Of a DNA stretch of 64,000 nucleotides, positions 1-12,771 are shown piece by piece; the first letter of the stretch is position 1, and each line of letters begins with the position of its first letter. The DNA is from Pecten maximus (Eukaryota), in NCBI RefSeq assembly GCF_902652985.1, contig NC_047030.1, forward strand, positions 24,242,001 to 24,306,000. The letters run 5' to 3'. The notes beneath the pieces are model-generated. The model searched no databases and was not told the DNA's origin. It saw only the letters and a program-made list of their open reading frames with translations. The position numbers and the translations under genes are program-made.

Positions 1-199
1 GTGAAATGTAAGAAGTAAAAAAAGAAGCGCGGTGAACAAGAAAGATACGGCATCTGTCGAGCTCGAAGAGCAACATCGAAACCATAGATGTCAGAAATTC
101 AACCTTATCTTAAGATCTCAACATCACAATTTAGTTATAATGCTTTGAACGAATTACTTTTAAAGTGTTTGTATTTCCATTTTTTTGAAGATGTTATAT

Positions 200-350
200 T
201 ATACAAATATATTTTTGGCGTCTGTGCAATAGTCCAGAATATTGTATACGAGGTACTGGTAGACCGATGTTCTAATGCACGAGGCCGACTGTAGATTACC
301 AGTACCGAGGGTCAAATATTCTGGACTATTGCACAGACACCCATTGTATA
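200..350. repeat. Long hairpin/palindromic element (probable non-autonomous DNA element)
   Basis: GTCTGTGCAATAGTCCAGAATATT (220-243) is the exact reverse complement of 315-338. There are inner arms GGTACTGGTA/TACCAGTACC and outer arms TATACAA/TTGTATA. Confidence 0.75.
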
Positions 351-496
351 CTTAATACATCTGACATCTTAGTGACTGGCGAAAGGGAAGGACTTAATTC
401 TGAAACGTCACAGGTGTTCAATAGTTCGTGACCGTGCAATAGTCTTTTTAGCCGTGTAATATTATACAGTTATTGTAAAGCTGAAATTTGAAATAG

Positions 497-580
497 CACT
501 TTTATTGTCCCCGTGACATGAACTATTTCCCAAGACGAAGCCGAGGGAAATATTTAATGTCAACGGGGCCAATAAAAGTG
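497..580. repeat. Second hairpin element
   Basis: CACTTTTATTGTCCCCGTGACAT pairs with ATGTCAACGGGGCCAATAAAAGTG; inner arms TATTTCCC/GGGAAATA. Confidence 0.7.
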
Positions 581-1599
581 TTCCTAATGCTTTTCCTCGG
601 AGATAGTTTTTCACCATGCGAACTGCCGTTTGTATTGCTTGGTTTGTGTTAGCACTGTCTTTTTCAGAAAAAAATCCTTTCCAGCACTTCTCCATCCAGA
701 TTATCGAAACTTGTACATTAAGCCATTTTCCGAAATGTTCCTGTAGCTTTCACTTCGTCTTGGTCTCGAAAACGCTTATGTTCTCGAAAGCACTTTAGGA
801 CTTGATACAAGGGATGGTGGTAGAGACGATCCGAAGGGATATGACAAATGCATTGTCCAATCAGAAAAAATGCGAAAATATGAATGCGCTCATTCCGGGT
901 ACACTTTTGACTATTAACCTGGTTAATAGCATTTTTTGAGGATACGGTTCAAATAACATTTCTATTGTCTACTTTTTATAAAGTGTAAAATAAGAAAAGG
1001 TATAATAATTCAAAATATACCTTATAAATGCGTATAGTAAAGGAAAATCAAACGCATTATGTAATCAATTAAAATATCTTATATATTGCACGATAAAATG
1101 GGTTATGGATATATTAGTCATCGACTATCAGTGTTCAATTTAAAACGCCTCGGGAAGCATTTATTCAAATTTAAACACTATTAAATGCCTGATAGCATCA
1201 CCGGGTTTAAACTCACGGCGAATGAGTCATATACATTACCTGGTTTTATCAATTTGTACTAATCGGTTAATGCCGTGATCAGTGAAGAAAATAATAAGAA
1301 AAAGGCTCTGTTTGTGTTTGCTAACATCCTGCAAAAGAAACACACATACATTTTTTTATGACACTACCCGAGGGCTACATATACTTAAATGAATATATAT
1401 AACTCTTAAATAACTGAAGCGAATGAGTAGATAGTACTAATTAAGAATCTCCACTCGTATATCAGGCATGTCTGCTATAATGGGTACAATCACCTGATTT
1501 GGGGACATGATCACGGGGCGATAAGTCTTAATGGAGAGACAGTAGAAATGGGAGCCAGTCTGTGTTTACCTTCGTTTTGACACAGCTGTCGTAGGGACA

Positions 1600-2125
1600 G
1601 GCAAGTATGTACCTCCGCCTGATTGGAAGATAAGAAGACGCGGGAACCTGTCTGCGTACATCCGTTTGGTTAGAAGATGAGTAGCTCTTGGATCAAGTCC
1701 GTTGGTACATCCGCTTGGTTGGATGATCAGTAAAATTTGTAGCAAAGTTTGGTTCATCCACTTGGTTGGATAATTGGACGTTGAACAAGTTGCGGTACAA
1801 TACCTTGATTTGACGATAAGTAAGACGTTGAAACAAGTTGAGGAACAATCCCTTGATTTGATGATAAGTAAGACGCTGAAACAAGTTGCGGAACAATCGC
1901 TTGACTTGATGATAAGTAAGACGTTGGAGCAAGCACGATGGTACATCCGCTTGACTTGATGATAAGTAAGACGTTGGAGCAAGCACGATGGTACATCCGC
2001 TTGGCTAGAGGTCATGTAATTATGGGAGCAAGTCTTGCCACTTCCGCTTGGTTGGATTATAACTAGACGTTGGAGCAAGTGCTGCACCCTCTTTGTCTGG
2101 ATGATAAGTAACCGTGGCAGCATGC
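1600..2125 (+). repeat. Degenerate 48-50 bp tandem repeat, probably once coding
   Basis: GATAAGTAAGACG recurs near 1815, 1863, 1911 and 1961. Units translate as variants of (H)PLGWMISRRWSK / LDLMISKTLKQV with frame changes. Confidence 0.7.
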
Positions 2126-3234
2126 CTGTGGCTACAGTCAACTGGTTTAAATACCAGTTCTTAGATACGATTCGTGATCTCAGCATGTCGATGATATTTG
2201 TAATAATGTATATACTATCAATAGCTACGGTATTCCACGCAGTTCGGAAGAGATGTAGAAACAGAGAACTTATTGTCATAGTTACTGTTGTTGGTATACT
2301 CTTACAGTTTATTTATTCTCCAGCTCTTTACAAGAATACATTTCAGAGTTTGACAGTCCATACTGCCTACAGTGGTACAAACATGACGTCGGTGTCAGGA
2401 ACTCTTTGTACCGATTACTCAAACAAGGAATCTATAGATGACTTCCAAAACGTGTTGAGTATATATAAACAGGGCAGTGTCGAGGACGAAGAGTTCTATG
2501 CTGACCTACTTGCCTACTTGATTGAGGACACGACTCAAGCGGGATCTTCAAACATGCTGAATCTACATACGAAGTCAGATGAACATGTAACAAAGGATGA
2601 TAAATACTTCTTTAGAGATGTGATTAACCTCGTAAATGATGATACCATTGAATCTGGATCTTCTAAGGCGATAAGTACCGATATCAATGTAGATAAAGAT
2701 AAAGAAAACGACAAGGAATACTATAACCATTTATTGTCCTACTTGACAAGTATTGAAGACGCTTCCAGTGATTGGTCATCACACGAAATCAATTATGATA
2801 CCAGGGCAATTTCAAACCAATGCAAAAGACAATATAGATACCGTGTTTACTGGTGACAGAGAGATAAATGATGAGGAAATCTGGTGTTTAGACTTAAGAT
2901 TAATCGCTCTCTTACTCTCCAGCATGATTTTCCTGACGTTGTTGCTAGCGTGTGTCCGTCAAAATATCCCCGAGAAGCATCAGACCTCCGCTAGCTGGTT
3001 TGTTGTCTTTTACTACTATGTTATGACATGCATCGTCGCGCGGATGTACATTGTCCGAACGTCCGACCTTGTTACACCAATCATGTACATGCCTCAAAGA
3101 GCAACGCCCTTATTGCCGATCTGTTCTCAAGAAGCAAGAAGTCAGATCTCCCCTTCGTGCTGGAGACAGTATTTTTATATGGATTGACTACGGCTGTCTT
3201 GTTACTTGCTGTCCTAAAAAATACATGTAAATAA
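2035..3234 (+). pseudogene. Frameshifted, apparently intronless ORF for a multi-pass membrane protein with acidic internal repeats
   Basis: Three overlapping ORFs (2035-2856, 2753-3187, 3028-3234) each carry hydrophobic helices. An acidic ~38-aa repeat (EFYADLLAYLIEDTTQAGSS / YFFRDVINLVNDDTIESGSS / EYYNHLLSYLTSIEDASS) appears to continue in the next frame (DREINDEEIW). No family recognised. Confidence 0.45.
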
Positions 3235-3749
3235 ATATGAATCAGATTAAGTCGCATTTCATTTAAAACATGTTTGATAAACTCGCGGATATTCAATTGT
3301 ATATGGGAAAGCCATGCCTATGTGCAATTTTGCATCAACGTTTGCAGATAAAAGAGGCGTGACAATATATCACGGCTATGATTTAGGTAACAGTTTGTAA
3401 TGTTAATAATAAAACAGTAAATGCATGTACAGTATAGCCACATACATCGCATAATCCTTACACCATTGTAAGCGCCTAGCTTTTAGAGGTGTATTTTGAT
3501 ATCTTTAAATGTCACTTGTACACTGTCAGACTTCCGGTTTAAACTTCCGTTGAACTGGTGAACATCACGATAGAGCCATCAGCTAGAGAACACTTCGCTC
3601 TAGATGAGATGAAATAAATAAAAGATCATTTAATAAGTGATCGGGGTTTTATCAAAATTTTAATGAACACGAAGGAAAAGGGAAAAGATGCTTTTAAACA
3701 AAATAAAGTAACAAAAAAAAAAATTACCCAAATAATACACGTGTAGAGC

Positions 3750-4255
3750 ATGGGCAGCGAAGAAAACAACTTGAAATGTGTTATGTTCTGTTTGATCATT
3801 GGGTGCATCATCATGTGAACAGGATTCGTGGGTTCCTCTTGTAGTAGCGTATGGCTACATCACTAGGCATATTGAACATATCTTCTTTTTTTTATTTTCA
3901 ATTAATTTTTTTATAATTAATGGCCCAATGTTAGGTAACATTAACGCAACAAGGATTATCTTTATTAAAAAGATGAAAATTATTTTGATATCAAGATTAT
4001 ATATTTCTTTATTTCTTCTTCGCCATGACGAAAGAAGAAACATGCTAATTAGAATGAAATAATATATGTGTAGTATTACTTGTACATGTATTTGTGTATG
4101 ACAAATTATTTTATTATATCATACAGGAGGAGTTTTACAGAATAAATACCCGGTATTTGAGGAATGCCGACCAGAAGATGGAGGAACAGGGTATCGTGAT
4201 CCAAGTCGCCTAGATGAAAGACAATTGTGTCAACACTACGTCGTATGCCAAGAAA
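3750..4255 (+). pseudogene. Possible remnant of a secreted chitin-binding (peritrophin-A/CBM14-like) gene
   Basis: ATG at 3750 gives signal-like MGSEENNLKCVMFCLIIGCIIM with an in-frame TGA at 3816. After an acceptor at 4126 the exon reads CRPEDGGTGYRDPSRLDERQLCQHYVVCQE. The expected donor reads CTAAGT at 4256 instead of GTAAGT. Confidence 0.3.
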
Positions 4256-6130
4256 CTAAGTTGTATCTAACAACTGAATCCTGTTTTACTCACATCTTAT
4301 AAAAAAACGGTTATATTTTCTTAAATTGTTAAAATGGTAGAAGATATAGTGATTCATTAATCTATGCTGTAATTATGTTCTATAAATATATCTTTTTAAA
4401 AAACTATTTACTTTGGTTGATGTAAACAATGCTACAAAGATAAAGCCGAATGTAAGTCACGCGGATGCGAGTGTGGAATCCGCGAAGCGATTTTTTGTAA
4501 TACCTCATTTTAAAATGTATATATTACACCTGAATGTATTTTCCAACAGTTACTTTTTACAGCTATAGTCTTTTCAATAGAGTCACAAAACCTATCAAAT
4601 AAATCTTATAACAAACATATATCTAATAACACATCAAACGGGAATGCGATTGGTGTTATGATACAATGAATTCTTGTCGTCACATGACCTGGGATGCATA
4701 CAAAGATGAATTGAGTGTGAATTTGATTTAGATCAGAGCATAAAATGCTATTTCATGAATGTTTGCAAAAATACCATATACTTATTATAAAGTGTTTCCT
4801 TTTCATGGATATTATCAATTCGTCATAAGTTCTTACGCTCGTTTCAGAATTCTCATACAAAGTGTTATCCATGTAATATACGGGCACCTGTAAATTGCAA
4901 AATGAAAGCGAAACGAAACGAAAAAGAAAACATTGAAAAAAAAAAACTGTCGTTTCGCACTTCACAGGGACCCGTAAGATACTCATACTCATACTAATTT
5001 TGAAGAACTTATTTTTAATTCATGTTCAGAAGAAAAACAAAGCACAGTTGATCTTGTTTGTTTACAAGTGTCAACGGCAAAACCTTATCATGTCTTCTCT
5101 TGTGCAATTATTTAAAACAACTGAAAAGTGAAATCCTGTTATTATGTTAAATTGGGATGGCCCGGCGTACTCTTCATGTTTTTGTTGTTTTCAGAATGGA
5201 TAAAATCCACAGTAAATTATTTTAATGATAGAATAGGTTTGACTTACACCGTGATAAATGGACTTAATTGAAGGTAGTGAAGTAAATTTAAACTTCACCT
5301 TATATATATAGTACGTACAGCAGAATTGATTAGTTTAAATAGAAAAATAGAAGGAAGCTATAAGTAGAACAAATCAAGTTCCATGCAGTTTCATCAATGT
5401 TTCTTTACTTACGAAAACTCTTAAGCTGATTTTTATTGTCATAAGAACATATCACAGAATTTGAAGAAGGTCCATTTACTAAGTTTTTTTCCCATTAAAT
5501 CAGTATGATTTTCTATGGGAAATTTTAAGTTCAGGAGCTTTGTTAAGTCAAGGGACGTTGATGAAACCAAGACTAGGAGGCAAATTAACAAAACAGTGAC
5601 AATGGTATGAATATCATATTTATATCTATGAAATTCTACAGTTCGGAGAAAACACGAATATTTGTCATGCCCATAATTCAATAAATATCATAATTGTCCC
5701 TGTTGGATTTCAGAAGTATGTCCATTTGATTATCGCTCTAAAGAATTACCGTTTAAATCACTTTTGTTGTGAATAATTTTGGAGACTACTCCCCTGTCCG
5801 AATGAGTCCTAACCTAGCACTGTTTAGTAGCTAGTAGCAGCTACGCCTATCCTAGCGAAGATGAAGGGAGAAGATGCAAGACCCTACCCTGTCAATTTGG
5901 TTTATCGAGGTTTTTGACGTCCATCTAAATACCTAATAAATAATACGAAATATGAAATATTGGCCTAAAATACCCTTTCCTCTGGGTTGGCGTTATCACA
6001 CATCATTGCAAAACCGCAATCTTTATCGGGCAAGTTAGACATTCTTACACGGGATTCCCTTTTAAGTCACATCCGACTTGGTGTTAGTGGTCAGTGGTCA
6101 GTGGTTGATTTTAAGTGTCGTAATAAATTT

Positions 6131-6161
<31 letters not shown>

Positions 6162-9033
6162 GGGGGGGTAGGGGGGGGTAGTGAGGTATGTGGGGTGATT
6201 ATGACACAGAACATGTTAGCAGGGATGGCTGCAAACCGAATGGTGCTGGAAACAATATGGTATATGGGTTTTGTGGGTAGGGTGTGGGAAAGGAAGCTAG
6301 TAGGAGGGAAGTAAGAAGTAAAATATGAGGGCTGGAGCGGGGTCCTATTTCCCTGGGGATTGGTTTGGACTTGTATGTGTATTGTGCGTGTGAGGGGGCG
6401 ATGGTTCTCTGTTCCTAGAGTATTTTCTTATTTACGAATGTTTGTTGTATGATAGGTTCAAGTGATAGAACAGTGCTCACTTAGGATGTACCCGACCAGC
6501 TCAGCTCAGCATTTATACTACCGTGAAGAACCATGTGATTACATATAGCTGTGTCTTTGATATGTTTTACTGGGAAGTAACTTTGGAGCTTCTGCCTGAC
6601 GAGGTTCATTCTCGTTTTCTGTCTCCCGCCCGCTAAAAGGCCTACTTTCGTTTTCCGTTACAAATGTGCACAGACAGGAACTCTATATATTTGGCAATTT
6701 TTGGCTTTGTAGTTTTTAACTGATAAAATATATATCCCTTTCTTGGTTTACGGCACGTATTCATTCCAATTATGTTACAATGCTGCAACTAAAGGTTGCC
6801 GTTGTAAATATTTGGCGAATAGATCGGGAACTACGGAACAGTATTGTGTTATAAATGACTATTTAAAGATCTCAGGGATTTCCAATAGTATTGCGTCTAT
6901 TTTAGCTCTTTACTCCGATTCAACAACCAGGAAACGACATTAAGATCCTCTGTGCAGGTAAGTTAACTGTTGGTATGGATATTCTTAGAATAAACATGTG
7001 CATCTCTAAATATCCCGTAACATTAATTAATTCAGGGGGACTCGCATACATGCTAATTAATCAAACAGGAACGCATGTAAAGCGATTGTGTGTAAACAAG
7101 CTACATACTTCATGTGTAAACATGTCACTTCAATAGAATACAGCTATAGTATAGAGTTAAACTTGACAGGTAATTTCTTAACATATTTTACCCTTGAGAT
7201 GAGATATTTTGACCAAGACGAATTCGCACTCGTTCTATTTTGTTTGAACAGTGCACATACAGTTTGTACGTGTGTTTAAGTGCCATAACACAGATATCGC
7301 TTACACCCAGTCAATAGTATTTACAATACAACAAGGTGACACGAAAGCCGTTGTTTAAACGTAAAATTGTACATAACAATACTTAACAGCAGAATGCGTT
7401 TGTCCGTACCAGGACTGACACAATGCTATAGTCAGTATCGAATGAATTGTATATGGTATTAGACTCCATATTTCCCTTTGTTTGAATAATTAATAATAAA
7501 TTTGCTGTAAATGTAAACCGGGTGGAGATATAGAGCTATCAAGCGTTTTAGTGTGTACACATATCCGTGTCGATATTTACGCTTGACTGGGTATCTGCCA
7601 TAATACACACGTGTGTCTGATAGGTACTGTACAACATAAAACGATCGTATTAGGTTTTAAATATGAGAAAGTTCAATGTTTTGCTTTCTTAATTTATGAC
7701 TTTATTTACGACTGCTATCCTTTGTTGACAAAATAAAAAGTAACGTATTAAAAAAGTAGTGTAAACTGTACAAAAGGTAGATAAACATTTATTGTTAACT
7801 TAATCAAACCCAGTATATGCTTAGCCATTAACAAAACTGCACCAGACAACTTTTGAAGCTTTCTAGTGTTCTTCATAACATGATATCAGAGGTTGGAATT
7901 AATCAGTAAAACAGCAACAACAACAAAACAAATAAGCAAACAAGCTAACAAGCAAACCAACCAACAAACAAACAGAAAATAAAAAAAAATAAAAAATAAA
8001 AACGACAAAAAATATCAATAAAGGAAGTGGTTTGTGTAAATAGTGCATGTGTGTTTTAACATCACTGAGATGTGTTTTGATTGACTACGTTAACGTATAA
8101 GTCCAAACATAGTGATAGAAATGTCAGATATATCCTTCCCCTAAGTCAAATGAGAGAACATCACGGTGATATCGAGGGCTACATAAAATGAATAAGTGAA
8201 TAGCGCCTCTAGGTACGAATTTAGTTAGAATATACACTGCCTTATAATGATTAGCACAGCATTATACAGCTTTATGTACTCAAAATCAAAAGAATCAAAA
8301 TTGGTATAAAACTTACCATATAAAGTGGGGCAGAAAAAAACCCAGACATGATATTTATCAATCTGATAAACCTTATCTGTTTTGTGAAGTTTTGACAACA
8401 ACATGTATTCATAAAGTTGTTTTTTCCCAGTGCGAACTCGCCAATTCAAATAAAAGCAATTCAGGAATTAGTAAGGTCTAATTTTAAATTCTTTGTTTAA
8501 TTTCGTCTTTTTCTTGGCGGACGCTAAACGACAAATGCGACGAAATGACTTTGAAGAAATTCGAAACGTTAGATATGACATTACAGAAAACAAAGATGTA
8601 GCAATATAGATGTCAGACAGAAAAGAGGTTTCAACATTAGCCGACACTCAGGTAGACATGGTTGACTGACAGCATGCATAACCCTTTATAGGACTTAACC
8701 TGAATCATATTGACAAATGGCAAAGAACATTTAATTGAACTTATTTTAAATCTCTTTTTACGCCCAATTGATTTAAACCTCAGCAATGTCCCATATTTAT
8801 GCATAAGTATAAATATCATATATATGTTTACATGTTCATTTATTTATATATTAAAACCAGGATTTCAAGAGTTGGGGGACACTTCGTTCAAACCATTGAG
8901 TATGCCAAATTTCGTTTAATAAATTGACCTAGCACACACGAAGACGTTGAACTGGGATACTTAATTTGTTATGTTATATTTTTGTCGTTATAGTATCACG
9001 AATTTCGAAGGGTGTTGTTTATTTCAGTTTAAA

Positions 9034-11815
9034 ATGTATGACGGTTTCCTCATCGCTGTGTTACTTGTGCCTGTTGTAAGTACCACGAATTACCACAACT
9101 TTGGGACTGATATCGATTACTACCAGGTCCTAAATGTTACACGCTCCGCCAAAGTCTCCACGATCCGGACGGCATACCGGAAACTTGCCCTACGGCTACA
9201 TCCTGACACCAGTGGGGTAAATATATTCTGCTCATACATTTAAGACAAACTTTTGAATTTGTATATATATATACTGATAAACAATAACAGCCAGTTAGCT
9301 TCGTTGTGTTCTTGGGTTCAACCGACAACGAAGTCCTCTGTTTTCATTTGAACTGTGATTATTCATTTAGATAGAACCCATGTACAATGTATTATCTAGA
9401 ATAGCTAGATCTATTCAACTTAATGAAGAGCAAAAAAAAGAATAAAAATACAATATGTTAGAAATGCTGAAGCGCTCACCATGCCATTAGTGCTTCTCGC
9501 ATAAAATGACATCCATCGTATAAAAATATATTTTATCAAGACAAACAGGTCAAAATACATCACCTTTAAAACAGCGTCCTTAGAACAATCGCTTGTAAGA
9601 TAGGGATTAACATATACAACACAGAAGCGGATTTCTCGGGGATGAAATTAATAATGCAATCAGTTTAAATATAAAAGATGAAAAAAAGGCTCAACATTGT
9701 ACAAGGTAGTACGAGCGTAGAGTATTTGAAGTTTGTTATTGTTATTCTTGTTTTTAATCATTACCTACGATGCAATATCTTTTATAAATGCTTATTTTCG
9801 TCTATGCGCATGCCTCTGGAGAAGAAAGGTTTAATCGGCATCTGATTGGTCCGATTTCCTAGTGAATGTTTTGATTTTCATTCCATATAGATCTATAATC
9901 GATATCATTTGTAAATCATTTGACTCTGTGACAAAATCAACATTTATGTGACATGAATAGTTTCAAATTTTTGAATCAGCTCAATATTTGTTCCACAGTG
10001 TGACACGACTAAGCAATTCCAGATTTTGGGGGAGGCGAAGAATATTCTAACGGATAAAAAAGAAAGGGTAGTGTACAACATGTTTCACCCTGAAGCTGGG
10101 TACTGGTCAGAAGCATACGACTGGGACATGGCGGACTGTGAGATGCGGAATGCTTCACTTGTACAGAAAGTTCATAGGAAGGCTACAGATGTATTACGAG
10201 GCTGTATACAAATACTGAAGGATCATTGGCGGATTCAAATACCATCTATGACGTCATATATAGATCTATATAAGACTATTCTGACAGACTACTTTGTGAT
10301 TGGTGTGTTGTTAGTTTCCTCGGCAACACTTTGGTGCAGGTATGGTATAAAACATAAAGCAGAGCTATGATTGATTGATAAACCAGCTTTTCATATCTAC
10401 CACTGATTTCATAACATATGATTTATATTAAGATTATATATGGAACTTATTTCTTATAATTGGGACGCCATTTACGATAACGTTTACGTAAACACCATCT
10501 TACTGATAAGAATACAGCTTGACGCCATTAACGACGTCTTGCCCAAACACCTGGTTATTATAATTGTCTTCTTCCTTAAGAATGTGCGCAATCTTCAGGG
10601 CCACTTTGAGCTATCATTTTACAAATCAAGTGTATTCAATTTGAAATTAAATGACTTTCAATTTACTCTCAACTGTCATGTGCTTGTATATTTCAGCGAC
10701 TTAATAGGTCAATTCATCTCTGCTGTTGGCTGTGCTTTCTACGGCCTTCATCTTCTCACAGTGGCTTATTCCAGTAGTCATTTATTTGTCATGGTAAGGA
10801 ATAATCTCATTGGTCAAAGTTGATGACTTTAGGTCTGTTTCTTTACTTCACGTGCGCTCTTGTAAGATAATCCAGTATAGTAGATGTCATGATCAAACGT
10901 ATTAGCATATATGTCAAAAAAGTATTCTATTAAGACAAAGCCTAGATCTCAAACATTGATGATAAAACGAAATCATAAGAAAAAAATGTCTTGTCATTTT
11001 GAGAACAGAAGAAACGAAGACTTCAAAAGTAACTCGATACCCTAGATCCGGGTAAACTTATATCATATCGTTCTTACAAAAAATATTTATTGTTGGGAGG
11101 ACAGCGATACGGCACAGCCACCTTCTAATCTAGAACCCGTGCACATTATTAGCATAATACTGACATTTCCTGATTTTTTTTCTGCTCCAGCGTTCTCCTT
11201 TATATAAATATAAGACTACTTTATTACATTCGCTTGTAAGCTACTTCACTTTAGCTTTCATTGAAAAGTTTCAATTGTTGACGATGACTCTCAGCCTTCT
11301 TCACCAGACATCTATCATATGTTGTTGTTACTTTGTGACTTATTGTTGGAGATGTTATTAGTATCACATGGTGACTAGAAACATCTTGGTGGCTACACGA
11401 TTCACTCAGTTCGGCAACAACTAATACAGTCTAAACATTTCTTTGTTGTGCTCTTTAAGTTATTTTAAAATTATCTTTATTTTTGTAGGAAATCATCAAA
11501 AAGCTATTTTTCCATTTATTCCATGGACCTTCATTGAGAGCTTCGGTACTGAAGAATAATTATATACTGAATTGCTACCTGTATATGTTGCTGTCCTTGG
11601 TCGCTGTTGCGCTTGTATTTCACTACTACCGCCCTAGGCACGTGACCCAGATTTCAAACGTTTTGTGGACTATGATCACAGTCGTCGGTTGTGTGACCAT
11701 TCTTGCGGGTCTACCCAGCACAGAGATGTATTTAGACTTTAGAAGTCAATCAGAATATTCTTCTATTTATACTTTGATACTATGTGGACTTATACTTTAT
11801 GTTTTACGTAGCTGA
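9034..11815 (+). CDS. DnaJ/Hsp40 J-domain membrane protein (signal peptide, J-domain, ~5 C-terminal TM segments), ~315 aa
   Basis: Exons 9034-9216, 9999-10339, 10697-10793, 11489-11815; all GT-AG and phase-consistent (948 nt). The J-domain spans intron 1: DYYQVLNV..IRTAYRKLALRLHPDTSG|CDTTKQFQILGEAKNILTDKKERVVYN, with an intact HPD. N-terminus MYDGFLIAVLLVPVVST. Confidence 0.88.
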
Positions 11816-12771
11816 CAAATGCACGCTTGTCTAGATCCAATGTTAATGGTATGTTTCAGAATTTGGTTATGAAAACAATTAATATCGACACAAAATACAT
11901 GTAGCAATCAACGAAAGGTGAATGTATTTCCGTATTTAACTTTAAACCCTGAACAAAGTATGACGAATGCGTTCCAAGGAAATATAAAATGGAAGTTTCA
12001 TTACGATTACGTAAGGCCTATATCACATTTCAATTTAAAATTAACCATGTGGGGATTGTGTATATTTTTTTGTTTATTTCCCGTTGTTATATGATATCAT
12101 TGTGTTGCTGCTTTACCGGTAAAACAATTATATACGAATATGCGACTCATACGACTTTGGTATTACTAATTCAGGTTAAACTTCCCCAACACGTGTTTTT
12201 CCCCAGGGGTAATCCAGTTTTCTACCGTATCGATTCCAAGTCTTCTATAACGGCAAACATAATGGGTTATCATAAGAATTTGAGCTATTATTATAGCATA
12301 TCTGTATTATCACTATTGTTTAAATGAGGCGGTAAGTTTTATGTTGTTTCCGTGGTACGAAAATATAGAAAATGTACTTACATAAAGATATCTATGGCAT
12401 ATTTTGATAGATTACGCACGTCTTGTACTTTGAACTTAAGCCAATTGTCATTGCATTATCTTGCGATTTTAAGAATATGCAATTGGTGCGTTAAATAACA
12501 TTTTCATCGTGTAAACGTTTTGAGAAGAAACAATCCTCAGACGAATTATAATCACTATCTAGTGTCCAGATCCATTTGTATCGATCAGTCCGGAACATAC
12601 ACATATTCTGCAAAGCAGCTTAGTTGGTAGTATCCATGTTGTTGTTTTTTCCAAACAAATCCTTTATTTATTTTGATACAATAAGACTAGAATCGTACAT
12701 GTATATATAGATGTAATTTATTTATCTACCGCAGACATTTTCAGCCCCGACCCTAGTGCTTCCTTTGATAA

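Noticed and set aside
6141-6178. Poly-G run as a G-quadruplex element or Gly-rich ORF
   Set aside because: Simple homopolymer of unreliable length with no supporting context.
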